This document shows, one piece after another, positions 1 to 12,446 of a DNA stretch of 64,000 nucleotides. Position numbers and translations under genes: made by a program. Origin of the DNA: Candidatus Woesebacteria bacterium UBA5941 (GTDB taxonomy: Bacteria > Patescibacteriota > Microgenomatia > UBA8517); the NCBI GenBank assembly GCA_002430735.1, contig DJCV01000013.1, positions 33,460 to 97,459 on the forward strand, given 5' to 3'. Below the pieces are notes generated by a model. The model did no database searches, was not told where the DNA came from, and worked only from the letters and a program-made list of their open reading frames with translations. Each line of letters starts with the position of its first letter. Position 1 is the stretch's first letter.

Positions 1-1
1 C

Positions 2-271
<270 letters not shown>

Positions 272-274
272 CGT

Positions 275-1987
275 ATGGCCTTCGAATTTTTATCCTCACT
301 TTTCCGTAAGAAGCCTCTCGTGCCTCGAAAGACTACTGCTCCGATGGTATTGGTCGTAATAGATGGTTGGGGGATTGCACCACCGTCTGGAGGTAATGCG
401 ATTTCGCAGGCCAAAACTCCAAACATGACTATGTTTCTATCTAAGTATCCAAACACATCTTTAATCGCATCTGGCGAATCAGTAGGGCTTCCTGCGAATG
501 TTGTCGGGAATTCAGAAGTTGGACATTTGACCTTGGGAGTGGGTCGAGTCATTGATGAAAGTTTGGTGCGGATAAATCGCAGCATTGAAAATGGCGACTT
601 CTTTGAGAATGATGCTTTATTAAAAGCTGCACAGCATGTTAGAGAAACGGGAGGTACGTTTCATATCGGCGGAATGGTGAGTAGTGGTAATGTGCACTCT
701 TCTATTAAACATTTATATGCACTTATTGATTTTGCAAAACGTCAGAAGTTGCCTCAGGTGAGGCTGCACTTGTTTACTGATGGGCGAGATGCGGCACCTA
801 TGGATGGTATTAATGTTATTAAACAAATAGAAGAAGCAATATCAGCTGTCCCTTCTATAAAAATAGCCTCAATTGCAGGTCGTTACTATGCTATGGATCG
901 TGATGCCCGTTGGGAGAGAACAAAACAAGTGTACGATGCCATGACGTTGGGGAAAGGTCCTCAGTTTGCAAGTGCCTCCGCTGCAATGACGTCTTACTAT
1001 GCGCAAGCTATTACTGATGAGTTTGTAACGCCAAGTATCATTACATCAGAAGGATCTCCACCAAGTATAGTGAAAGATAATGATAGTATCATTTTGTTCA
1101 ACTATCGAATAGATAGACCTAGACAGATATCGATGAGTTTTGTGTTGCCAGATTTTGAATATCTCAAAGGCTACGAATGGGGGTTTGACTTAGATCAAGG
1201 AAATACTAAATCGAAAACTTCCAAAGGACCAACATTTAAAAGAGAGAAGATTGTACAAAATTTATTCTTTGTAAGTATGACGGAATACCAACGTCAGTTA
1301 CCGGTTTCTGCTGTAGCATTTCCAAACCATATCGTAAACGACTCGCTATCTGAAGTTCTCTCCAAGCTCAGTTATTCCCAACTTCACCTCGCTGAAAGTG
1401 AGAAAGAGCGAATGGTCACATATTACTTTGATGGGCTCAGAACCGAGCGTTTTACCGGTGAAGAAGTGACAATAGTACGCTCACCACGGGTACCTACCTA
1501 CGACAAGAAGCCTGAAATGGCCGTGAGAGAGATTACAGCCAAGTTTAAAAGCGCTATTCTGAGTGATGCATACGACTTTATCGTCTTAAATATTGCTAAT
1601 CCTGATATGGTTGCGCATACTGGAAACTTGAAGGCCACGGTACAGGCCGTCGAAGAAGTTGATAAGGCGATTGGCATTATGCACGACCTAGTAATGTCAA
1701 AGGATGGCACTATGTGTATTACAGCTGATCATGGAAATGCAGAGGAGCTTTTAACATATAATCAATCAGGCTTCTTTTTTACATCAGAGACTGGTTCGAT
1801 GAATACAGAGCATTCGAATAACCCTGTACCATTTGTTATTATGAATAAGGCATTCGTTGGAGCAGGTCAGTCAGTCGAAATGCAAAAAGGAGCATTAAGT
1901 GATGTAGCACCCACGATATTAGCACTCATGAAAGTGCCAGTGCCAGAAAGTATGACAGGGAAGAACCTTTTTGTAATTAAAAAATAA
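275..1987 (+). CDS. gpmI: 2,3-bisphosphoglycerate-independent phosphoglycerate mutase (iPGM).
   Basis: N-terminal 'VLVVIDGWGI', 'GNSEVGHLTLGVGRV', 'HLFTDGRDAAP', 'GRYYAMDRDARWERT' and C-terminal 'NPDMVAHTGN...ITADHGNAEE' motifs are diagnostic of iPGM. At 570 aa it carries an insertion of about 50 aa. Confidence 0.9.
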   Translation: MAFEFLSSLFRKKPLVPRKTTAPMVLVVIDGWGIAPPSGGNAISQAKTPNMTMFLSKYPNTSLIASGESVGLPANVVGNSEVGHLTLGVGRVIDESLVRINRSIENGDFFENDALLKAAQHVRETGGTFHIGGMVSSGNVHSSIKHLYALIDFAKRQKLPQVRLHLFTDGRDAAPMDGINVIKQIEEAISAVPSIKIASIAGRYYAMDRDARWERTKQVYDAMTLGKGPQFASASAAMTSYYAQAITDEFVTPSIITSEGSPPSIVKDNDSIILFNYRIDRPRQISMSFVLPDFEYLKGYEWGFDLDQGNTKSKTSKGPTFKREKIVQNLFFVSMTEYQRQLPVSAVAFPNHIVNDSLSEVLSKLSYSQLHLAESEKERMVTYYFDGLRTERFTGEEVTIVRSPRVPTYDKKPEMAVREITAKFKSAILSDAYDFIVLNIANPDMVAHTGNLKATVQAVEEVDKAIGIMHDLVMSKDGTMCITADHGNAEELLTYNQSGFFFTSETGSMNTEHSNNPVPFVIMNKAFVGAGQSVEMQKGALSDVAPTILALMKVPVPESMTGKNLFVIKK

Positions 1988-1996
1988 CAGAAACAC

Positions 1997-2611
1997 ATGT
2001 ATATAGAACCATTCTTTTTGACGGGTATCGCGATAGTATCTATTTGTTTAGTGCTTCTAATTGTCGCGGTTACTATTCTTTATATTCGCGTAAATAGGGC
2101 GTTTTTATCGATGAGTACAGAGTTTACTCTATACAAAAAGGATCATGAAACCCAAGCGAAGCACGCGCTTGACGAAGCGCAAAAGAAAGCTCAAGAAATT
2201 ATTGCAAGCACCCAACTTTTTAGCTCTGATATGAAAAAATCAGTTGCAGATGCTATTAACAAATCGGTTGCGAATGGTACTTCAACATATGATCAGTTAA
2301 TTTCTGAAATGGGAGACAAAAGCGCCAAAGAATTATTAACCTACTCAGATTCATTAAAGAAAATGGTACAAGGCGAAGCAAGTTCTTTAACCAATTCTTT
2401 TAAAGATCAGTTACAAAATGAAGAACAGGCTTTCCATCAAACACTAGAACAAAGTCAAGCAGAAATACTTGAAGAGGTAAAAAAGAAAGCAAGTGCTTTG
2501 TTGTCAGACGTTGTAAAAGATGCAGTCAAAAAATCCATTACTGTTGAGGAGTCAGAAGAGTTAATTCTTTCAAGTCTTCAGAAGATAAAGAAACAACATG
2601 GATTTTCCTAA
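1997..2611 (+). CDS. atpF: ATP synthase Fo subunit b-like protein (N-terminal TM helix plus long charged coiled coil).
   Basis: One N-terminal TM helix is followed by a K/E/Q-rich helical region. The gene sits immediately before atpH/atpA and overlaps the atpH start. Confidence 0.5.
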   Translation: MYIEPFFLTGIAIVSICLVLLIVAVTILYIRVNRAFLSMSTEFTLYKKDHETQAKHALDEAQKKAQEIIASTQLFSSDMKKSVADAINKSVANGTSTYDQLISEMGDKSAKELLTYSDSLKKMVQGEASSLTNSFKDQLQNEEQAFHQTLEQSQAEILEEVKKKASALLSDVVKDAVKKSITVEESEELILSSLQKIKKQHGFS

Positions 2612-3002
2612 TATCAAACCCAAGACAAAAGACGAGCTTTTGTCATATATCGAAATACTTACTGAAACTGTTTCAAAAGAAGAAGCAGAAGAAAAGCTCC
2701 CTACTAGTCTAATGCAAGAATTAACCCGTACTATGGTTGAAAAGCAGCAATCATTTGATCAAGCATCTTCTAATATCAAAACATATCTTAATGCTATGAA
2801 AGGTATAAAAATATATCTTTCTGAAGAACCTTCTCAGCGATTGGTGAAAAAGATCCTCACACTATTCTCGGATATTCATCCACATAGATATATAGAATTC
2901 ATAATAGATTCATCTGTTATTGCTGGTGTTAAAGTTTCAATTGATGGGAGCTACTACGATGAAAGTATTGACGCGCTGATTGATAAAAAGCTTGTACACT
3001 AA
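2598..3002 (+). CDS. atpH: ATP synthase F1 subunit delta (OSCP), short form.
   Basis: The C-terminal 'VIAGVKVSIDGSYYDESIDALIDKKL' matches the delta-subunit C-terminal signature. The gene is 134 aa, so the N-terminal domain is reduced. It sits between atpF and atpA. Confidence 0.55.
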   Translation: MDFPNIKPKTKDELLSYIEILTETVSKEEAEEKLPTSLMQELTRTMVEKQQSFDQASSNIKTYLNAMKGIKIYLSEEPSQRLVKKILTLFSDIHPHRYIEFIIDSSVIAGVKVSIDGSYYDESIDALIDKKLVH

Positions 3003-3013
3003 ACCTACACATT

Positions 3014-4467
3014 ATGTCTGCCCAAGACCTCTTTACCGTTTCGCTCAAAAAAATAAATGAAGTTGGCTTTGTTGAAGAAGTTCATTCTAACCTGATTAGA
3101 ATATCAGGTCTACCTCGAGTGCACGCTTTAGAGGTGGTTGTATTTGAAAACGGGTCACGCGGTTATGTCTACTCAATTGATGAGCTATTAATCGATGTTG
3201 TCTTAATGACTGATAATTCGGTCTCAATTGGCGAACGTGTGGCTAGAACCGGTGAGTCGATTATGGTTCATATGTCACCTGATTTATTAGGTAAACATGT
3301 GAATGCATTGGGTGAGCCTGTTGGAGTGAACTCGTCTATTCTGAATTCGCCAATTAAATACCCTGTGTTTCGTCCAGCGCCTCCCATGGCGTCTCGAACC
3401 CCGATTCGCCGTGAATTTGAAACCGGTATTGCCGTCGTAGATATGACCGTCCCTCTCGGTCATGGTCAACGCGAACTCTTGCTTGGTGATAGAAAAACAG
3501 GTAAAACCCAATTCTTGCTCCAAATTTTGAGGAACCAAGTGCAGCAGAATACGGTTTGTATTTATTGTGCGATAGGAAAGAGGGAAACAGAAATTCATGA
3601 GATTATTGAGCTTTTTAAAGATCCAGCCTACAAGGGCGCTGTTACCGTAGTTGCGAGTAGCGGGCATGAAGGTGTTGGGCGTATCTTTTTGACTCCGTTT
3701 ACTGCAATGTCCATTGCTGAATACTTTAGAGATCTTGGTCGTGATGTTTTTCTTATTCTTGATGACCTTTCTTCTCACGCACAGTTTTATCGTGAGCTCG
3801 CCCTTCTTGCTAAGCGATTCCCGGGGCGGTCTTCCTATCCGGGAGATATTTTCCATGTTCATGCGGAATTACTTGAGCGAGCAGGGAGTTTCCACTTGTC
3901 TAACAATAAAGAGGGAACGATTACCTGTTTGCCGGTTGCGCAGTCGGTTCTTGGAGATATAACGGGCTACATTACCACAAATTTAATGTCTATGACCGAT
4001 GGCCACTTATATCTTGACACCGAAATCTTTGATGAAGGAAGAAGACCAGCGCTAAACCCATTTCTTTCTGTGACTCGTGTCGGTCACCAGACTCAAACTC
4101 CTTTGCTCCGTGACTTATCACGCGAAATTACTAGTTTCTTGACAAGCTATCGCCGGGCACAAGAATTCTCTCACTTTGGAAGTGAAGTCAGTGCAGAAGT
4201 TAAAGAAACGATTGCTCGCGGCAAACTCGTTGATTCCTTTTTTGATCAAAATGCCCTCGTTGTATTCCCTGCAAATTTCGCTGCATTCATCCTCGCCCAT
4301 ATTTGGGCGGGTACTGTTAAAAGTGAAACGCCAGAAACATTTAAAAAGAAAGTATCTGAGGCATTAGCTAAGTTTGCAAATGATGCGCAGTATCGAGCGA
4401 ATGTGGAATCCTTAGCAACGCTTAAAGACTTCAAATCATTAATTGGGAAGGTGCAATCTATTTCTCT

Positions 4468-4471
<4 letters not shown>
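3014..4471 (+). CDS. atpA: ATP synthase F1 subunit alpha.
   Basis: It has the Walker A 'GDRKTGKT', is 485 aa long, and is followed by the gamma and beta genes. Confidence 0.95.
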
Positions 4472-6948
<2,477 letters not shown>

Positions 6949-6958
6949 CCTCAATCAG

Positions 6959-7031
6959 TCGGGGTGCTGGGATTCGAACCCAGGGCCTCAGCTACCCGAA
7001 AGCTGCACGCTACCAACTGCGCCACACCCCG
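6959..7031 (-). tRNA. tRNA-Pro, anticodon CGG.
   Basis: The reverse complement folds as a cloverleaf. The acceptor is CGGGGTG/CACCCCG with discriminator A, the T-arm is GGGTTCGAATCCC, and the anticodon stem is CAGCT/AGCTG with loop TTCGGGT. CCA is not encoded. Confidence 0.8.
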
Positions 7032-7231
7032 TTTTCCTCCAATTTTAGCCATTAACATCACTGGAAACAAATTGTGCACTTTATCTACAGGTTATCCGCA
7101 AAGCCTGCATGGTATTTATTTAAACCCATAATAAAGCTTCTTCGATAAGTTATCCACAATTTTGGCATTACTTTCAACATAGCCTATATTTCTAGCCTAG
7201 AAAGCAACTTTCCACTAAGGTACAATCACTT

Positions 7232-7918
7232 ATGGCTAACTTTTATGTAGTTGCTACTCCAATTGGAAATTTGGGAGATATTTCGAGTCGTGCGCTAGAT
7301 GTTCTATCTCAGGTAGATGTTGTCTTAGCAGAGGACAGCCGTGAAGCTCATAAATTGCTCCAGTCTTTTAATATTGATAAGCAGATTTTTGTTTATAACC
7401 AGCATTCATTTCTTTCAAAAAGAGATGAAATTTTAGCAATGCTTCTTTCAGGTAAAAATATGGCTCTTATTACTGATGCTGGCACGCCTGGAATTTCTGA
7501 TCCTGGAAATGAGCTTGTTTCTTTCCTTTCTCCCTTTGAAAATCAAATAAAAATCATTCCAATTCCCGGAGCAAGTGCGGTGTCAGCTCTTTTATCAGTT
7601 TCAGGTTTTCCCTGTCAGAACTATTCTTTTTTTGGTTTTTTTCCCAGGAACAAACAGTTAAAGTTTTTAAAGGAAATTTCTAGCATGCATCATCCAATTG
7701 TTTTTTTTGAATCTCCTCATCGGATTTTAAAAACACTTGAAGCGATTGAAGCAAACGTCCCCGCTACAACCAAAATAGTGTTAGGTCGAGAATTAACTAA
7801 GCTTTACGAATCAATCTACAGAGGAAGTGCTTCTGAAGTGCGCAGTTTGCTCTCCCAATCACTACCTATAAAAGGCGAGATCGTGGCTGTTTTATACAAT
7901 CCAAAAGGCAATAAATAA
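7232..7918 (+). CDS. rsmI: 16S rRNA (cytidine1402-2'-O)-methyltransferase.
   Basis: It has the 'FYVVATPIGNLGDIS' N-terminal signature, the 'LITDAGTPGISDPG' SAM-MTase motif, and is 228 aa long. Confidence 0.85.
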   Translation: MANFYVVATPIGNLGDISSRALDVLSQVDVVLAEDSREAHKLLQSFNIDKQIFVYNQHSFLSKRDEILAMLLSGKNMALITDAGTPGISDPGNELVSFLSPFENQIKIIPIPGASAVSALLSVSGFPCQNYSFFGFFPRNKQLKFLKEISSMHHPIVFFESPHRILKTLEAIEANVPATTKIVLGRELTKLYESIYRGSASEVRSLLSQSLPIKGEIVAVLYNPKGNK

Positions 7919-8219
7919 TTCCCCACTTGACGGGCAGTTTTGTAATGATTTATATTTTTACTCAGAAGAGCTCTTGCTTAAATTTAAGTACTAGAAAGAG
8001 ATCTTTACTGCACTCTAGAGGCCTGGAGTAATAGTAAAAATCTTTTTGCACTTTGTCTGATGTCTGGTCTGTTGTTTGCGTTCGTTGAAATTGCGCGACA
8101 CGCCCTTTGTCTGCTTTGAGTTTGGTTAGTGGTGGAGTTCAGGAGGGCGTTGTCTGCGTTCTCATTTTCGAAACTTCGTATACAGTGAGGATGCTTCTTG
8201 TCCTTTTATGTTTGTCTTT

Positions 8220-8294
8220 TGGTGCCTTTGGAGGGAATTGAACCCCCATCGTACCCTTAGGACGGGTCCGCTCTATCCGTTGAGCTACAAAGGC
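8220..8294 (-). tRNA. tRNA-Arg, anticodon CCT, with encoded CCA.
   Basis: The reverse complement reads GCCTTTGTAGCTCAACGGATAGAGCGGACCCGTCCTAAGGGTACGATGGGGGTTCAATTCCCTCCAAAGGCACCA. The acceptor is GCCTTTG/CAAAGGC, the T-loop is TTCAATT, and the anticodon loop GTCCTAA gives CCT. One G-A mismatch sits at the top of the anticodon stem. Confidence 0.75.
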
Positions 8295-8372
8295 GAACGC
8301 TTTGCGTTCCTATTCTACCATTTCTACCGCAACAGTTGCGTCTATGCGCTACAATTAATGTTCACGCTAAGG

Positions 8373-9371
8373 ATGGCACGAAAACTACTGGTTACGGGCG
8401 GTTGCGGCTTCATTGGGAGTAACTTTATTTCATATTGGTTTTCCAGATACCCTAAAGATTCAATTACAAACCTTGATGCGTTAACATACGCAGGGCACCT
8501 GTCTTCAACGGCACATTTCGCAGATAACAAGAACTACCACTTTATTAAAGGAAGCATTCTGAATAAGCGTGTGGTTGAGCGTGCAATGAAGGATGTTGAT
8601 ATTGTTGTTCATTTTGCAGCTGAAAGCCATGTTGATAGATCTATTAAAAATCCGACTCTTTTTCTCGAGACGAATGTACTCGGAACACAAGTCCTTCTTG
8701 AATCAGCATTACGAAATAAGATTAAACGATTTCATCATATTTCAACGGATGAAGTATATGGTGCTTTGGAGTTTAATACCGGAGAGAAATTTTCTGAAGA
8801 GACAAGCTACCGACCAAGGAGTCCTTATGCTGCATCAAAGGCTGCCTCAGATCATTTAGTGCAGTCATACGCACATACCTTTGGACTTCCTACGACGATC
8901 ACAAACTGTAGTAATAACTTCGGGCCTTTTCAGGATCCAGAGAAATTTATTCCACGGCTTATTACAAACTGTATTGAGGATAGGAAAGTTATGCTGTACG
9001 GTGATGGGCTCAATGTTCGAGATTGGTTACATGTTGAGGACCATTGCCGGGCAATCGATCTCGTGATTACGAAAGGAAGTATTAACAATACCTATTGCAT
9101 TGGAGGGCAGGTAGATGAGGTGAGTAACCTTGAGGTTGCGACTCGCGTGTTGAATTATTTTAATAAGAGTACGGATCAGATTGCATTTGTAACAGATCGA
9201 TTAGGACACGACAGGCGATATGCCGTCAACTGGACTAAGATTCGAACAGAACTTGGGTGGAAACCTCGGTATCAATTTGATGAATGGCTAACAGCAACTA
9301 TTAAATGGTACGAAGAAAATACTGCTTGGTGGAGGCCATTGAAAGAACGTGCTGAGAAATTGTATCGCTAA
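8373..9371 (+). CDS. rfbB: dTDP-glucose 4,6-dehydratase.
   Basis: It has the Rossmann 'LLVTGGCGFIGSNF' motif, 'YAASKAASDHLV' (the YxxxK motif) and 'HISTDEVYG'. The ORF-track start at 8208 lies inside the tRNA-Arg gene, so the start was moved to the MARKLL methionine (333 aa). Confidence 0.85.
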   Translation: MARKLLVTGGCGFIGSNFISYWFSRYPKDSITNLDALTYAGHLSSTAHFADNKNYHFIKGSILNKRVVERAMKDVDIVVHFAAESHVDRSIKNPTLFLETNVLGTQVLLESALRNKIKRFHHISTDEVYGALEFNTGEKFSEETSYRPRSPYAASKAASDHLVQSYAHTFGLPTTITNCSNNFGPFQDPEKFIPRLITNCIEDRKVMLYGDGLNVRDWLHVEDHCRAIDLVITKGSINNTYCIGGQVDEVSNLEVATRVLNYFNKSTDQIAFVTDRLGHDRRYAVNWTKIRTELGWKPRYQFDEWLTATIKWYEENTAWWRPLKERAEKLYR

Positions 9372-9376
9372 CCTGT

Positions 9377-10558
9377 TTACTTCAAACTGAGCCAGTATAA
9401 GTTTGGAAGGGTGCCTGTTGCTCCGAACCCGGTCAATATAACCATTTTGCTCGTCGATGTTGTTGGGAATGCATAGGGAAAGATATAGCTACCGGTGTAT
9501 ACAGCCAAACGGTTAGTTCCGTCATAGTCTTGAATAATAATCTTGTCTTTCTCTGTTATTAAGATATTAAGCGAGTTAGGCAGCCAGTACACCGTATTTC
9601 CGTTTGATTCCACAAGAAAGTTGCGGTCCTCTTTAATGTCATACACGTACGTCTTTCCATTCGCAATAGTTCTCTCTTGTTTCTGAGAAGAGGATCCTGG
9701 GAGTTCTTTCACTAATCCTGTTGGGATAGTTGCACTTCCACTTGCTGTGTATAAAATCTTCGTTTCATCAGGAGAGAATTGGATATTCTTTGTTACAGAT
9801 TGAAACACTTTGTTTATGTTCTTTTCAACTTTTGCCAGTTGTGCAGTTGTCTTTTCGTTTTTGCTTAATTCCCATTCTGCTTTAATCTTTTGGACCTGAG
9901 GCGCAATATTTACAAGGTTGCGAGAGTCGGTAAAGCTTGCGACCGGTAACAAGTATGTTCCAGACTTTGATGCAACTAAGAGTTCTCGTCCATCAGGGGA
10001 CCATTCCCATGTGAATGTTGTGAGATCAGCGTTTGTTATTCGTTTTGGGTCCCTCCCAAAACCAAGGGGAAGGTTCGTTGTTTCATACAGCCAGAGTCCG
10101 CCCTTTTCATTTTCTTTGTCCTTAGCTGGCTCAAGAGGTACTGCGTATGCAATTTTGGTGAAATCACGGCTTACTTGTGGATTCACAACACCGGTAAAGC
10201 TTAACGCGGTAAGTGAAGGTGCCGAGGGAATTAAGTATGCATTAATTTGGGTAACAATCTCTTTTTGGATTTCAATTGTCTTTTCCCAGGTTACAAACCC
10301 TTCTTTTCGCACTGAAACTTTATGACTGCCAGGATCTAATGGGAGGGTATTATTGGTTGCAGTCTCTAATTTGTCATCGACAAACACTTGTGCCCCTGTG
10401 GGTTCTGAGTTCACAACAAGAAGTCCCTTCGCAGAGATCGTAAGGGCGTCTTCTCTGTTTTCGAGGCGAAACCCGCGTGCATACAAAATAGCTACCGTGG
10501 TGATTCCCCCAACAACCAGTAGTGTTGAGAGCAGAATAAGAATTCTAAATTTGACCAT
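9377..10558 (-). CDS. PEGA-domain protein with an N-terminal membrane anchor and a beta-propeller-like (TolB-like) C-terminal region.
   Basis: It has an N-terminal TM helix. The PEGA-type motif is 'VNSEPTGAQVFVDDKL...PLDPGSHKVSVRKEGF'. The remainder is rich in beta-strand repeats. Confidence 0.6.
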   Translation of the reverse strand: MVKFRILILLSTLLVVGGITTVAILYARGFRLENREDALTISAKGLLVVNSEPTGAQVFVDDKLETATNNTLPLDPGSHKVSVRKEGFVTWEKTIEIQKEIVTQINAYLIPSAPSLTALSFTGVVNPQVSRDFTKIAYAVPLEPAKDKENEKGGLWLYETTNLPLGFGRDPKRITNADLTTFTWEWSPDGRELLVASKSGTYLLPVASFTDSRNLVNIAPQVQKIKAEWELSKNEKTTAQLAKVEKNINKVFQSVTKNIQFSPDETKILYTASGSATIPTGLVKELPGSSSQKQERTIANGKTYVYDIKEDRNFLVESNGNTVYWLPNSLNILITEKDKIIIQDYDGTNRLAVYTGSYIFPYAFPTTSTSKMVILTGFGATGTLPNLYWLSLK

Positions 10559-10614
10559 ACTCTATATTATAACAAGAGCGGGCTTTAGAAGCTCGTATAT
10601 GATACAAATATCTC

Positions 10615-11616
10615 ATGCGAAGAAAAATTGCCGTTGATTTAGGCACAAATAATACGAGCATTTGGTCCAATGGGTCTGTTGCCTTTACTGAGCCGACTAT
10701 TGTAGTCCTGTCTGCAAGCGATGAACGCATTGTGGCTATTGGTAATGAAGCACACGAAATGCTTGGTAAAACTCCTGAAACAGTGATATCCATTCGTCCC
10801 ATCTCTGGAGGTGTCATATCAGACTTCTCAATTGCTAAAGCTTTCTTAAAGATTCAATTTTCAAAACTCTCGCAATCGTTTGAGTTGCTACGTCCAGATG
10901 TAATGATTGCAGTTCCGTCTGGCAGTACTTCAGTTGAGCGTCGAGCTGCCCTTGAAGTAGCTCTCGAGGCGGGGGCAGCGCATGCATATATCGTTGAGGC
11001 GACACTTGCTGCCGCAATAGGCGCTGGGGTTGCTGTGAGTTCACCTGCCGGGAATGTAATATTACATATGGGAGCAGATGTAACAGAAGCTGCTGTTATA
11101 TCTCTCGGCGGAGTCGTTGCATATGAAAGTAAACGTGTGGGAGGGAACACTATTAATCAGGCAATTAAGCAACACCTGAAAAATAAACATGGACTCATTA
11201 TTGGCGACGCGACAGCAGAAGAAATTAAGCAGAAAATTGCGACTGCAGTCGTCACAACTGATGATCGAGAGCTTGAAATCTCTGGGCGTGATCTAACATT
11301 TGGGATGCCACGAAATGTTGTTGTTAAAACAAAAGAGATTCACACAGCGATCAGCCCGATTCTTGAACTGTTGTCAGCTGTTGTTGAGAGTGCACTTGAA
11401 AAAACTCCGCCAGAGTTATCATCTGATGTTATTGATAAGGGTATTGTTTTAACAGGTGGAGGAGCACGCTTAAGTAAGTTTGATAAGTTCTTAACTTTAA
11501 CCACTGGTATTCCGAGTCACTTAGCCGAAGATCCAGAGCTCTGTGCAGTTCGGGGTGCTGCTGTTGTGCTTGAAAATCTGAATTTGTGGAAGAGAAGCAT
11601 TATAACCAAATCGTGA
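10615..11616 (+). CDS. mreB: Rod-shape-determining actin homologue MreB.
   Basis: 'IAVDLGTNNT' is the phosphate-1 motif. The gene has the actin-fold motifs 'VPSGSTSVERRA' and 'GIVLTGGGARL', and is 333 aa long. Confidence 0.85.
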   Translation: MRRKIAVDLGTNNTSIWSNGSVAFTEPTIVVLSASDERIVAIGNEAHEMLGKTPETVISIRPISGGVISDFSIAKAFLKIQFSKLSQSFELLRPDVMIAVPSGSTSVERRAALEVALEAGAAHAYIVEATLAAAIGAGVAVSSPAGNVILHMGADVTEAAVISLGGVVAYESKRVGGNTINQAIKQHLKNKHGLIIGDATAEEIKQKIATAVVTTDDRELEISGRDLTFGMPRNVVVKTKEIHTAISPILELLSAVVESALEKTPPELSSDVIDKGIVLTGGGARLSKFDKFLTLTTGIPSHLAEDPELCAVRGAAVVLENLNLWKRSIITKS

Positions 11617-12425
11617 AAAAGCCTTTTAACGCTCAAAAAGAGATAATTACCCAAAAGCTCGACCATATTTTGGGTGTCAAAATAAGTAGCAGTAGCCAGG
11701 ATGATTTGCTAAAAGCCATCGAAAAATGGCTCATAGAAAAACGACATTTTTTAATAGTAACCCCCAATCCAGAGATTGTTCTAATGTCTCAATCAAATGA
11801 ATTACTTCGTAATGCTCTTAATTCTGCGGATATTTCACTTCCTGATGGTATTGGTCTTGTTTTTGCCGCAAAATTCCTAAGAAATTCTCACATGCGCCGA
11901 ATTCAAGGCAGAAAATTTATGGTCTCACTTCTTGGGCAATTAAACAAAATGGGAGGAAAAGTGTATTTTGTTGGCAGCACAGACGCGGTAATTCAGTCCG
12001 TACTGGAACGGGTATCACAAGACTTCCCACATGTTCATGCAAAAGGGACATCTGGTCCATTGCTCTCGCGGAATGGAAAACCTATAGATAAAGTAAGCGA
12101 AAATCGTGAAACAGCTGCACTTAATGAGATTACCTCGTTTAAACCAAACATTGTCTTTGTTGGATTTGGTGCTCCGAAACAGGAACTATGGTCTGCCAAA
12201 CATCGGAACATCTTTAGTAAGTCAGGGGTTATGGTTGTAGGAGGCAGTCTAGATACATATAGTGGTCATGTTTCCCATCCACCTGTTCTTTTTGAGCAAT
12301 TGGGGATTGAATGGTTATGGAGATTTATTCATGAACCAAAACGACTGATACGAATCTTAAATGCCGTTTTTGTATTTCCGTTGTTTGTTGTAAAAGCAAA
12401 AATTGAAAGCGTTTTATATAGATAG
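11586..12425 (+). CDS. WecB/TagA/CpsF-family glycosyltransferase (N-acetylmannosaminyltransferase-like).
   Basis: It has 'IVTPNPEIV', 'PDGIGLVFAAKFL', 'VYFVGSTDAV' and 'FVGFGAPKQELW' motifs typical of TagA/WecG. The 5' end overlaps mreB by 31 nt, so the true start may lie further downstream. Confidence 0.7.
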   Translation: MEEKHYNQIVKKPFNAQKEIITQKLDHILGVKISSSSQDDLLKAIEKWLIEKRHFLIVTPNPEIVLMSQSNELLRNALNSADISLPDGIGLVFAAKFLRNSHMRRIQGRKFMVSLLGQLNKMGGKVYFVGSTDAVIQSVLERVSQDFPHVHAKGTSGPLLSRNGKPIDKVSENRETAALNEITSFKPNIVFVGFGAPKQELWSAKHRNIFSKSGVMVVGGSLDTYSGHVSHPPVLFEQLGIEWLWRFIHEPKRLIRILNAVFVFPLFVVKAKIESVLYR

Positions 12426-12446
12426 CAATAGATTGACTATGTATTA

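Noticed and set aside
7078-7160. A DnaA-box cluster as the chromosomal origin.
   Set aside because: There are only three boxes, no adjacent dnaA/dnaN or AT-rich unwinding element, and the context (between a tRNA and rsmI) is atypical. It is kept only as a possible regulatory site.
8208-8372. The ORF-track start of the rfbB ORF (8208) runs through the tRNA-Arg gene (8220-8294, minus strand).
   Set aside because: The N-terminal 55 residues are the translated tRNA and spacer. The Rossmann motif begins right after the MARKLL methionine, so the start was moved to 8373.
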